Shown here: positions 1-8,256 of the stretch, piece by piece | Layout: each line of letters starts with the position of its first letter | Position numbering within the stretch: the stretch's first letter is position 1 | IMG/VR virus record: IMGVR_UViG_3300028454_000679 | From: a virus | Taxonomy: Duplodnaviria; Heunggongvirae; Uroviricota; Caudoviricetes | Length of the DNA stretch: 57,417 nt | Strand: one strand, 5' to 3' | Program-made: the position numbers and the translations under genes | The notes under the pieces: generated by a model | Told to the model about the DNA's origin: nothing | What the model saw: the letters and a program-made list of their open reading frames with translations, nothing else | The model's database searches: none

Positions 1-134
1 TCGTAACTAACATTCTCTTTTAAATCGCCGTCAGCCGCAGCCTCTGCCTTATCTATTCGAACCTGCTCCAATTGCAATTGTTTAGCTTCCAGCTCTCGCT
101 CTAATGCTCTCTTTTTACCGATAGTTCCTCTCAT
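1..134 (-). CDS. greA: GreA/GreB-like transcription elongation factor, N-terminal part (runs off the left edge; absent from the ORF track)
   Basis: ATG at 134 with GGAGG RBS at 140-144. Translates to MRGTIGKKRALERELEAKQLQLEQVRIDKAEAAADGDLKENVSY, matching the GreA pattern T.EG...LE.EL...A...GDL.EN..Y including both acidic tip residues. Confidence 0.8.
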   Translation of the reverse strand, partial: MRGTIGKKRALERELEAKQLQLEQVRIDKAEAAADGDLKENVSY

Positions 135-145
135 ACTGTCCTCCA

Positions 146-838
146 CTATTTTCCTAAATTAAAAACTAGCCCACCTAGAGTAAAGGTAGACTCGTCAACT
201 TTCACAAAATCAAATTTCAGTAACTCATTGACTATTTGTGCATTTAAAACTCTCTGCTTGCACGCTGCAAAGCTACAATCATTCTCTGGCACATCTCTGT
301 GCATTTTTGACTTTTCTAAAAACCTACTATCATTTGTAGCATACAGAAGATTCAACCCTTCCTTGTCCAGAAGATAGACTTCATTGTAGACCCAGTTCAA
401 ATCACTAGGTACAGTCTTGGTTCCCTGCACGCAAACAATAACTCTACCCGCTGTAGAGCTAAATGCTGTAACATCTAACAGTAAGTACCCTTTCTTATGT
501 AACTGTGTCACATTGTAGAAAGATTTCTCACCAAGGGCGAGCACTAAATTGTCAGTAACATAAAACTGAAAACCACCAGCTGTTGCTTTACAGTAAACCT
601 CGGAATACTGACAATCCTCATTGCAGTAATACAACTTTCCATGAATAGGAAACAGATTTGCATTTAGCTGACCATTAGCCCTCAAGCACGGAAAGAATGC
701 ACCCTGATACCTACCCTTTACAAGTAGGCTTTCGAGTGCCTTAGGAGCAACATCCCTAGGCACTCGCATAAATTCCTTACCATCCATAACTGTGATGGAC
801 CCTTCATCAGTTCTCACAACTGTTAGACTCATTCTCAC
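146..838 (-). CDS. hypothetical protein
   Basis: 230 aa ORF tightly packed in the minus-strand run; no motif recognised. Confidence 0.75.
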   Translation of the reverse strand: MRMSLTVVRTDEGSITVMDGKEFMRVPRDVAPKALESLLVKGRYQGAFFPCLRANGQLNANLFPIHGKLYYCNEDCQYSEVYCKATAGGFQFYVTDNLVLALGEKSFYNVTQLHKKGYLLLDVTAFSSTAGRVIVCVQGTKTVPSDLNWVYNEVYLLDKEGLNLLYATNDSRFLEKSKMHRDVPENDCSFAACKQRVLNAQIVNELLKFDFVKVDESTFTLGGLVFNLGK

Positions 839-1340
839 ACACCTTCAATAATTTATGTAACACAAGGTACCTTCCAACATAAACGAATGGGAGTGAACCC
901 AATGCTGAAGACGCTATAACAACTAATGTACTGTCATCCAAAGTAAACCCTTCATAAAAGTAAACACCATATGTTGCGCCAGCCACTGAAAGATTCATTG
1001 CAAACAGTACGATGAGTAATGGAAACAGAAATGGTTCTGACGGTAATTGTAGAATTGTAAACAGAACAAGAATACCTACAAACACACAATAAGTCACAAA
1101 CAGAAATTTCCTAGGAATTCTATCCCTCTCTGTAATTGTTAGCATACCATCTTCAAAATCATCACCCAATTGTAAGTACAAGTATGAATTGTACACTGGC
1201 ACAAATGCAAACTTTGAATCAATACCAAAGTAACTTAAGCAACTCTTCAGTTCCATGCAAAATGCGAGGTACTGTATAAGTATTAACAGCAAAGCTATAA
1301 ATGCTATAAAGATTGTGACTAGGTCTATACTCTGATTCAT
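807..1340 (-). CDS. multi-pass membrane protein (DUF5684-like)
   Basis: About 4 hydrophobic segments; FAFVPVYNSYLYLQLG resembles the W.WIP..N.Y motif of this family. GGAG RBS before MNQSID. Confidence 0.65.
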   Translation of the reverse strand: MNQSIDLVTIFIAFIALLLILIQYLAFCMELKSCLSYFGIDSKFAFVPVYNSYLYLQLGDDFEDGMLTITERDRIPRKFLFVTYCVFVGILVLFTILQLPSEPFLFPLLIVLFAMNLSVAGATYGVYFYEGFTLDDSTLVVIASSALGSLPFVYVGRYLVLHKLLKVCENESNSCEN

Positions 1341-2209
1341 TTTAACCACACTCCTACTTGGTAGTTTTCATCGATTGTAGAGCCCTTTATAGAAATCTCT
1401 ACATGATTGTAATCCATCTCAAGTTTGTCATAAACATTGAAATAGCTTAGGGTGCCAGAATCTACAAAAGAAGCCCACACAACCTTACCCATAGTTGATA
1501 CGGTAACCTGCAGTCTCTCTGCGGTTGTGTTACGTAAAATCCACAGAGGATTCTGTACTGTAAAAGTGCCTGAAGGAACATTCAGCGATGTTCCATTGAG
1601 AACTCTAACAGTCTCTAATGCTAAAGACTTCTCTAATTCTGTTGTGTCAATATTAGTTGGTTTAGGTCTTCTCTTTTTATTCTTAGAGCTCTCCCTTGCT
1701 TCATTAGCCTCATCTGAAAATGATTCTCCTGCGACCGCAATACCCTCTGCCTGCTCTGCCACATCAGTGTTAGCACCACTTCCCCAGACCTTCTGCAGAG
1801 CCTTATGAAAAAAGGTTTCTACAATAGGCTGCTTTTCCTCTTGTACAACAACTGTATGTGCGGACTGCTTGGTAAATAAACCGAAGACAGAGAAGATAAT
1901 AAGACCGGCACCCACACCAACAAGCACAGGAGCTATTGGTAAGTACTTAGGTGTCTTTGCAGTGTTAGAAGCACTACACAACCCAACATACCCAACATCT
2001 GTCTTAACACATCCTGCGACAGGTAAACTGCTATGTGGGAGCAGTTTATAAAACTTCCCATTGAGTTCTAATGCAGCTTCATTGTCTTCTGCAAAGCGAG
2101 TACCTTCTACAAAGTAAACACACTGCGGACCAGGTTCCTCTACACACACTTTCTTTCCACCAAACCTTAGGGTGGTTTTAGACTCTGTCCTTGAATACAG
2201 AACTTGCAT
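1337..2209 (-). CDS. bitopic membrane protein, hypothetical
   Basis: Central TM (IAPVLVGVGAGLIIFSVFGLF). Start at 2209 chosen from the GGGAGGGG RBS; the ORF track start is 2251. Confidence 0.7.
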   Translation of the reverse strand: MQVLYSRTESKTTLRFGGKKVCVEEPGPQCVYFVEGTRFAEDNEAALELNGKFYKLLPHSSLPVAGCVKTDVGYVGLCSASNTAKTPKYLPIAPVLVGVGAGLIIFSVFGLFTKQSAHTVVVQEEKQPIVETFFHKALQKVWGSGANTDVAEQAEGIAVAGESFSDEANEARESSKNKKRRPKPTNIDTTELEKSLALETVRVLNGTSLNVPSGTFTVQNPLWILRNTTAERLQVTVSTMGKVVWASFVDSGTLSYFNVYDKLEMDYNHVEISIKGSTIDENYQVGVWLK

Positions 2210-2693
2210 GAACGCTAGCCCCCTCCCTTGAACTTCTGGAAGTTTGTACAAATTGGAAAGCTGCCTCTAAAATAGGGATACTACCAGAATACATTTCATA
2301 AAACTCATCAGGGTCTTTACCATAGTGCTCTAGCAAAGAAGAACAACTAGAGAATACATTGCCTTCAAAAGTAAACTCATCCAACTTCTCAAAGAAAGCC
2401 TTATTTTTCTCTTGAGCAACAATAAAGAATCCCCACTTGAGAAATTCCTTCTGATACTTAAAGAGGTTTTGTGAGTTGTCAGGTATACTCAGAGCCACAT
2501 CAAACATCCTATTATACTTACTATCCTTAGCATCTCTCAGTTGGGGTTCCCAACCCTTGCCAAATACAAAGACAAGTAAAGAATCTGAATTATAATCCCT
2601 GACTGCAACTGAACTATTGTAACTACCAAACAACTGACACGCCCATTTAGCGAAAATCATCAAGTCCTGTAAGTCTCTGTCGTAAACATTCAT
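2178..2693 (-). CDS. hypothetical protein carrying the C-terminal VHASSVF motif
   Basis: GGAGGT RBS before MNVYDRD; ends ...ASVHASSVFKDRV. Confidence 0.7.
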   Translation of the reverse strand: MNVYDRDLQDLMIFAKWACQLFGSYNSSVAVRDYNSDSLLVFVFGKGWEPQLRDAKDSKYNRMFDVALSIPDNSQNLFKYQKEFLKWGFFIVAQEKNKAFFEKLDEFTFEGNVFSSCSSLLEHYGKDPDEFYEMYSGSIPILEAAFQFVQTSRSSREGASVHASSVFKDRV

Positions 2694-3094
2694 TCGAACC
2701 TCCGTACAGTTGAAACTGCGCACACACTACCATACAGGTGAAAAATACCTCTGTAATAGGTGATCTCATACTCATTCATAGTTGTACTATGTTTTTTAAC
2801 TGAATCGTAATCAGACATCTTGTAACTTTCTCCATCTTGCAAATTATTATATGTGACAACCCCGTTTTCTTCTGTAACTGACTCTACCGGTTGCACAGAT
2901 AAAAGAACCTCTGTGGAATAATACATAGGCTCCATCTTCACAAAGACAACGAGTGCAAGTGCTACAATGCAGTCAACAGCAAAGCCAAACCAGCACAAAG
3001 TCGTTAATACTGACTTGCAAAAGATTAAAGACACAAGAAATACAATCAATACAAGAGTCAGTACAACACTTACAGCCACATTAAAAGAAATCAT
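2690..3094 (-). CDS. small membrane protein
   Basis: Two N-terminal TM helices; ATGA overlaps with both neighbours. Confidence 0.7.
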   Translation of the reverse strand: MISFNVAVSVVLTLVLIVFLVSLIFCKSVLTTLCWFGFAVDCIVALALVVFVKMEPMYYSTEVLLSVQPVESVTEENGVVTYNNLQDGESYKMSDYDSVKKHSTTMNEYEITYYRGIFHLYGSVCAVSTVRRFE

Positions 3095-3852
3095 TGAAAT
3101 GTTCCTGACTTCAAAATATTTGTGAACTTAGGACTAAAAGAAATAATAGCCGGGTATTTAAACCAATCATTGTTATGTACAGTATCAAGAACCTCAAACT
3201 GATTGGATGTGTCTTTGCGGCACAACTCCTTCACGCCATAATCTGACAACACTATAGTTGCTAAGCCTGAACGAGCACGTTTAGTGATAAGTTCGTTTAT
3301 TACAGGGTAACAATACTCATGTTGCGGTAGCTTTGTGACGGTCATAAAGCAAACCTCTGCCATAAGATAGCTATCATAATCAATCTGATTAAATAGTTTG
3401 TAAGTAGGTCTATCAGCACCTAGGACAAACAAACGTTTTACATCGTTAGTATCTAAAACCGGTGCGACTGTAAAACCAGCGTCTAATGCATGCTGAATGC
3501 ACGAATACATAAAAGTAGTCTTTGAGAATCCAACTGGTGCAGAAATAATGACAGACTTCTGTGGTATCTGTTTGCTAGAGAACACTCTGTGAACTTTCTC
3601 CAACTGTGAGCAATACCTCTCAAACATTTGATTATCCACAAGCTCTGGCTTAAACTGTTTTAATTTCTCAGCAGACCAAGCGATGCCTCGATACTGAGAA
3701 GGCACACCATACACACTAATTTTCTCTACAAAATCTTCTGTGGTTTCTCTCTGCTCAAAATTAAATGAGCCCCTGAGGTCAATACCACACTCGGGGCATA
3801 CTCTATCTCTGAAACCTTCACCACCACAGGTAAAACAATGCTTACTTTTCAT
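3091..3852 (-). CDS. DnaC/IstB-like ATPase with N-terminal Zn finger (putative helicase loader, degenerate)
   Basis: CFTC...CPEC Zn motif; VIISAPVGFSKT degenerate Walker A; INELITKR...TIVLS resembles the DnaC/IstB C-terminal motif. Confidence 0.55.
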   Translation of the reverse strand: MKSKHCFTCGGEGFRDRVCPECGIDLRGSFNFEQRETTEDFVEKISVYGVPSQYRGIAWSAEKLKQFKPELVDNQMFERYCSQLEKVHRVFSSKQIPQKSVIISAPVGFSKTTFMYSCIQHALDAGFTVAPVLDTNDVKRLFVLGADRPTYKLFNQIDYDSYLMAEVCFMTVTKLPQHEYCYPVINELITKRARSGLATIVLSDYGVKELCRKDTSNQFEVLDTVHNNDWFKYPAIISFSPKFTNILKSGTFQ

Positions 3853-4273
3853 GTTTGTAATTCTTAACCTCCGCTGGCTTATTTGCCTTGTTGCTGGATT
3901 TTCTTTTAAAGATTCTTTTAAAGATACTTGACTTTTCTTTTGTGGCTATTGGTATCTCAATAGCCTGATAAGCGCCAGTGGCAGCTGTCCATGATGGAAG
4001 CGACTCTTCACACCCATAAACCTGTGGGTCTGGAATAACTTTTTGTAAAGCAGCAACCATAGCCACATGCTCTGCTGACTTATTCATAGTGTCAGCTAAA
4101 TTCGTCCAGAAAATACTGTTATCTGTTGCTATACAAGCTGGCGGGTCTGTCATAAGATAAACATCAACATTCTTTCCTGTTTCTTGCTTTTTCTCCTGCA
4201 TACGTTTCCAGACATCCTCTGGATTATCAAATTCCTCATAGTCAAGCAATTCGCCATAAATCCTATATTTCAT
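3842..4273 (-). CDS. hypothetical protein
   Basis: 143 aa ORF with a basic tail containing KEKSSIF. Confidence 0.7.
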   Translation of the reverse strand: MKYRIYGELLDYEEFDNPEDVWKRMQEKKQETGKNVDVYLMTDPPACIATDNSIFWTNLADTMNKSAEHVAMVAALQKVIPDPQVYGCEESLPSWTAATGAYQAIEIPIATKEKSSIFKRIFKRKSSNKANKPAEVKNYKHEK

Positions 4274-4796
4274 TATATTCTTTCAATACCTTTCCTAAAC
4301 GCTTTGTTACTTCACCAACATTCAAGCTTACCTCTCTATCATAACAAAGAAGCTTGATAGCTCTAGGCATTTGAGAGAAGTGATATATGCACTCACAATC
4401 AGACTTCACCTCGGTTGAATCAGGTACAACGATAAGAGGCACTAATGGTAAAAAGACACCGTACTCCTTATAGTAGGCAACTTGCAATGCTCTTTCATGC
4501 ATCATGTTCTGATCATAGACATTGATAACAGTCATATTATGTTTATTCGCTGCTATACCTGTCCAGACTCTTGCATCTAAGTTACCTTTAATTGCATTCT
4601 TCCAATTCTTACACTCTATAACAAAGACACATCTATCAGTTACAGCGAGAACATCTATCTGTGTCTTGCATTTTAACCACGGACTATACAGAGCTTTGTT
4701 ATGAATAAAGCGCGTGTTACCTAATTGCGTTCGAATTTGTTGACAAACTGCTAACTCAAACTGCGTTCCAGATGCATCTAATGCTTCTCTGTTCAT
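4263..4796 (-). CDS. NERD domain PD-(D/E)xK nuclease
   Basis: G..FE...TQIDVLAVTDRCVFVIECKNWK...Q...H is the NERD signature. Confidence 0.85.
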   Translation of the reverse strand: MNREALDASGTQFELAVCQQIRTQLGNTRFIHNKALYSPWLKCKTQIDVLAVTDRCVFVIECKNWKNAIKGNLDARVWTGIAANKHNMTVINVYDQNMMHERALQVAYYKEYGVFLPLVPLIVVPDSTEVKSDCECIYHFSQMPRAIKLLCYDREVSLNVGEVTKRLGKVLKEYNEI

Positions 4797-4811
4797 ACTG
4801 CCTCCAACCTA

Positions 4812-4837
4812 GAAGAGGGAGACACGTCTCCCTCTTC
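4812..4837 (-). terminator. perfect hairpin after the Ig/Cys-repeat gene (terminator or RNA-stabilising stem)
   Basis: GAAGAGGGAGA-CACG-TCTCCCTCTTC, 11-12 bp stem; no clear U-tract. Confidence 0.45.
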
Positions 4838-4844
4838 CAAAATT

Positions 4845-6152
4845 TTAATATTTATACCATCTACTTAAGTGGTACGAAATGCTGTTCAATGGTATTACTT
4901 GATCCCACTTAACTATCAAATTGGAACCTACCGCACTGACACCTGCAACATACACATTAGTACCAGAGATTGCTTGCACAAAGTAGCAATCGCCATTTGA
5001 TACAAATACAATATCACCAGCCTTTAAATTAGTTGAACCCTCAACCCTGTAAGCTGGGTCGATACCGAACATTGCATCTGAACAAGTGTAAGCAAATGCA
5101 ACTGCTCCGACACCTGTCTTAGCAAAGTTTCTACCTTCCCCACCTTTCCAAGTGTAAGCACTTGTTGCAGAGAATGAAGAGCCCTCTTTCAGACCATTCT
5201 GATTACGTATACCTGTGGTAGATGAAGCTACAGACTCTTCAGGAACATACCATTTGTAGTTACCATCATAAGTATCCTTGCAGACACTACATGTGTAAGT
5301 TGTGTAACCACGTGAGGTCAAAGTAGCAGGTGTTTCCTTAGTTGTATACTTGTGGCCATTAACTTTGGCTGTCTCAGTCTTAGTCTTACCACATTCATCA
5401 CAAGTAAAGGTAGTAATCTGCGGATGCGTACAATCACCCTCTTGGGTAACCTCACCTTTATCCCAAGAATGAGCCTTTTCATCTATTGGGATAATCTCTT
5501 CCTTAGGCTCTTTACAGACAAGACAAGTGAATGTTCTGATTCCTTCTGTTGTACATGTAGCCTTGGTTGTAATCTTACCAGAATCCCATGTATGCACATC
5601 TGTCTTCTTGATAACACCCTTTACACGTTTTTTACACTCTTTGCACTCATACCAACCTTTGCCTTCATCCTTACATGTTGGTGCTTTGATAATTTCCTTC
5701 AGTTTATACTCATGGTCAGTCATTTCCAAGGCTCTGACTTTCTTACGTCCACATACCTTGCAAGTGTAAACCTCTTGTCCCATACTATGACATGTAGGTT
5801 TTATGATAATCTTAGCAGCGTAAACATGAACACACTTTCTAACCGTTACTGTGCATTTTAGTTTCTTTACTTTCTTTCCTGTATCAACTTTGGCCGTGAT
5901 AATAGCTACACCTCTCTTCAAGGCTCTAACTTTACCTGTCTTTTTGGAAACTTCAGCAATCGCTGGCTTATTACTGGTGTAGCTAACCTTTGCCTTAGAA
6001 GACACACCAGACACTTTTAACTTAAAAGTCTGCCCAATATACAGACTCTTTTTTGTTAATGCTGTAGAAGCTACAGCTGGCATAGGTAAAGTTGAAGCCA
6101 CTACTAGTATACAGCACATAAAAATAATACTAATTCTCCGTTTTACACTCAT
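4845..6152 (-). CDS. secreted surface protein: Ig-like (Big_2) domain + Cys/His repeats + degenerate CHAP/NlpC-like C-terminal domain
   Basis: AGGAG RBS before MSVKRR and a signal peptide; LYIGQTFKLKV..YTSNKPAIAEV..GKVRALKRG.AIITA = Big_2; five H-x-PTC-xxx-G-xxx-YTC-xx-C repeats. Confidence 0.8.
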   Translation of the reverse strand: MSVKRRISIIFMCCILVVASTLPMPAVASTALTKKSLYIGQTFKLKVSGVSSKAKVSYTSNKPAIAEVSKKTGKVRALKRGVAIITAKVDTGKKVKKLKCTVTVRKCVHVYAAKIIIKPTCHSMGQEVYTCKVCGRKKVRALEMTDHEYKLKEIIKAPTCKDEGKGWYECKECKKRVKGVIKKTDVHTWDSGKITTKATCTTEGIRTFTCLVCKEPKEEIIPIDEKAHSWDKGEVTQEGDCTHPQITTFTCDECGKTKTETAKVNGHKYTTKETPATLTSRGYTTYTCSVCKDTYDGNYKWYVPEESVASSTTGIRNQNGLKEGSSFSATSAYTWKGGEGRNFAKTGVGAVAFAYTCSDAMFGIDPAYRVEGSTNLKAGDIVFVSNGDCYFVQAISGTNVYVAGVSAVGSNLIVKWDQVIPLNSISYHLSRWYKY

Positions 6153-6730
6153 TCTAATTCTCCTTTTATTGGCTCTGTAAAAGAACCTGTCTGCGTTACT
6201 AAACAAATCTTTCCTGGAGTGCGCATAGCACCCTCTGCAATAAACTCGCACATACGATTAACACCAACAACATTTGGAATATCCATAGCAGTCCCTGTAT
6301 ACCCCGCAGTAGCTACATACCTAACTACATCCATTGGAGTTACAAGAGTTACAAAGACACCGTTACCATCAACTAGAATAGCGTGACCTCTTTGCTTAAC
6401 CACATTTACAACAGAACTCAGTGGCATTGCGAGATTAACAAGAGCTGCCTTAGTCAACTGTTGTGCATAGTGGGATTCAATAGATGCCAAAATCTCATCC
6501 AAGCAATCCAGCATGCCTTGGGATACCCTAATAAAGTCTGCATAATCCGGTTCATGCTGAATATAATTTCTTACATTTCGGCACATCCTAAGCTTGGTTT
6601 GAAGAGAAGTTCCATCAAGAAAATCCTCCAAAAACTTAACGGGTGAACCATCGTTGTAAGCAGGCAATTGTTTAACTGCCTGCTCCACCCTTTTGAACTT
6701 GTCAATAAACAACTGATACTCTAATTCCAT
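6149..6730 (-). CDS. HEPN-CBS domain protein
   Basis: FIDKFKRVE...RNVRNYIQH (R-x4-H HEPN motif), followed by CBS-like AILVDGNGVFVTLVTPMDV and VTQTG..EPIKG. Confidence 0.65.
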   Translation of the reverse strand: MELEYQLFIDKFKRVEQAVKQLPAYNDGSPVKFLEDFLDGTSLQTKLRMCRNVRNYIQHEPDYADFIRVSQGMLDCLDEILASIESHYAQQLTKAALVNLAMPLSSVVNVVKQRGHAILVDGNGVFVTLVTPMDVVRYVATAGYTGTAMDIPNVVGVNRMCEFIAEGAMRTPGKICLVTQTGSFTEPIKGELE

Positions 6731-6731
6731 A

Positions 6732-7982
6732 CTAATTCCTCGTAACTATATTACTATACTGTGATTTTACATTTACGTCGGACTCTGCTAAATTGGCTCC
6801 ATAAATTCTAACGTAAGCTATGGCATTTCCACTACCATCACCTCTAATACCGAAATGCTTCATGAACTTATTACCATCGCCGAAAATCTCAACAGAGTGG
6901 CAGGAAGCTGCATGCACAAAGTACTTGTACTGAGGCATACGTAAATTACTCATCTTGTATCGTACACCGTCCTGTGCTGTGGAAACTGAAGTAGCAGTCC
7001 AACCATCGTGCAATCCTCTGGCATTGCTATGACCTCTTCCAATTGCATCGCATACAACACAATGTATAATGGTGCCGTCGGTCAAGTAAAGGTCACACAG
7101 AACGCCCTCATGTGTCATGGTGTGATAATTGTAGGAATGGAATCCTAAATCCTCTACAAAGTCTGGGAGGTAACCAGCACCCAAAGCTATACCATAGAGT
7201 TTAGTACCGAAAGCTTCATAGACTGGTAATCCAGTCTCAGCATCAATGCCCTTGGGTGCAAGACTGTAACGGAGTTTCTTATTCTCTGTAAGAATCTTAC
7301 AACCTAAATGAGAGTCTGCGTAAGTACCATAGCTACATTTGTAAGAGCTATCATACCTGTATGCAGGCTTGATACTCTCAACACCAATAGCTATTCCACC
7401 TACATCAGAAACTTTTAGCTTGTACGGGACAGCGACATCATAGTAAACGAGGTCATCACCATCCTTATCAGTGTACGTAGACTCCGCCCCACTGTCGCAG
7501 TATGGGTAATCCATAGCTTGTCCATCGTTAGCAATAGAACTACTGATAGTTGACTCCTCTGTTCCTAAAGTTTGCAACTCATTCTCTATATCCTGCAACT
7601 TCTCCTGAAATGAATCCAAATTATCCTTATACTGCTTTAAGCTGACTTTCTTACGATGCTCCTTGTACTTCTTTAAAGCCTTTAGTTGCTCAGCATGTAG
7701 TTCCTTTAAAGCTTTCTTCCTAGCTTCACGCTCTTCTCTAGCTTGCTGTTTCTGTAAACGTTTCTCTTCAGCTTCCTGCTTTATATTAAACAGTTTCTGC
7801 TTTGCAATAGCCTGGTCATACTCGTAAGTAGCTGCTTCCTGTTTCAACCTGTCAATATTACTCTGTACACTTGAGTTCCCCTTTGAAGCTAAAACACTTG
7901 TAGGGGAACTCAGAGTAAGACTTAAGACTAGGACACTACTTAAAAACAGCTGACTTTTTGAGCAATGTGGTAACCTTAACAT
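6732..7982 (-). CDS. secreted coiled-coil protein whose C-terminal domain is paralogous to that of the neighbouring hydrolase
   Basis: Signal peptide, long K/E/Q coiled coil, then YYDVAVPYK...YGIALG...GVLCDLYLTDGTIIHC..DAIG..HSN shared with 8257..11457. Confidence 0.8.
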   Translation of the reverse strand: MLRLPHCSKSQLFLSSVLVLSLTLSSPTSVLASKGNSSVQSNIDRLKQEAATYEYDQAIAKQKLFNIKQEAEEKRLQKQQAREEREARKKALKELHAEQLKALKKYKEHRKKVSLKQYKDNLDSFQEKLQDIENELQTLGTEESTISSSIANDGQAMDYPYCDSGAESTYTDKDGDDLVYYDVAVPYKLKVSDVGGIAIGVESIKPAYRYDSSYKCSYGTYADSHLGCKILTENKKLRYSLAPKGIDAETGLPVYEAFGTKLYGIALGAGYLPDFVEDLGFHSYNYHTMTHEGVLCDLYLTDGTIIHCVVCDAIGRGHSNARGLHDGWTATSVSTAQDGVRYKMSNLRMPQYKYFVHAASCHSVEIFGDGNKFMKHFGIRGDGSGNAIAYVRIYGANLAESDVNVKSQYSNIVTRN

Positions 7983-8238
7983 TCTCTCCTGTACCTCCAA
8001 TACTAAACCGGTCTATACTTTTGCCATTGAAAATATCGACAATAGCCTGACCATAACCCTTAACTCTCTTACCATCTTTAGGGAATCCTTTGACTTTTGT
8101 GAGTGCTTCAATAGTCTTAGGTTGTGTCTTTAACAGTGCTTCAATCTCCTCATCCCTAAAGACAGTGAATGGTAGTGTATGTTTACTACCTGTCATTTCA
8201 GACCGTAGCTGCTTAAGCAACTCTCTCTGATTTTGCAT
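7936..8238 (-). CDS. stand-alone HRDC domain protein
   Basis: LKQLRSEM...PFTVFRDEEIEALLKTQPKTIEALTKVKGF...KGYGQAIVDI is a typical HRDC; ends LKKSAVFK. Confidence 0.85.
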   Translation of the reverse strand: MQNQRELLKQLRSEMTGSKHTLPFTVFRDEEIEALLKTQPKTIEALTKVKGFPKDGKRVKGYGQAIVDIFNGKSIDRFSIGGTGENVKVTTLLKKSAVFK

Positions 8239-8256
8239 ACTTAATTCCTCCTTGAC

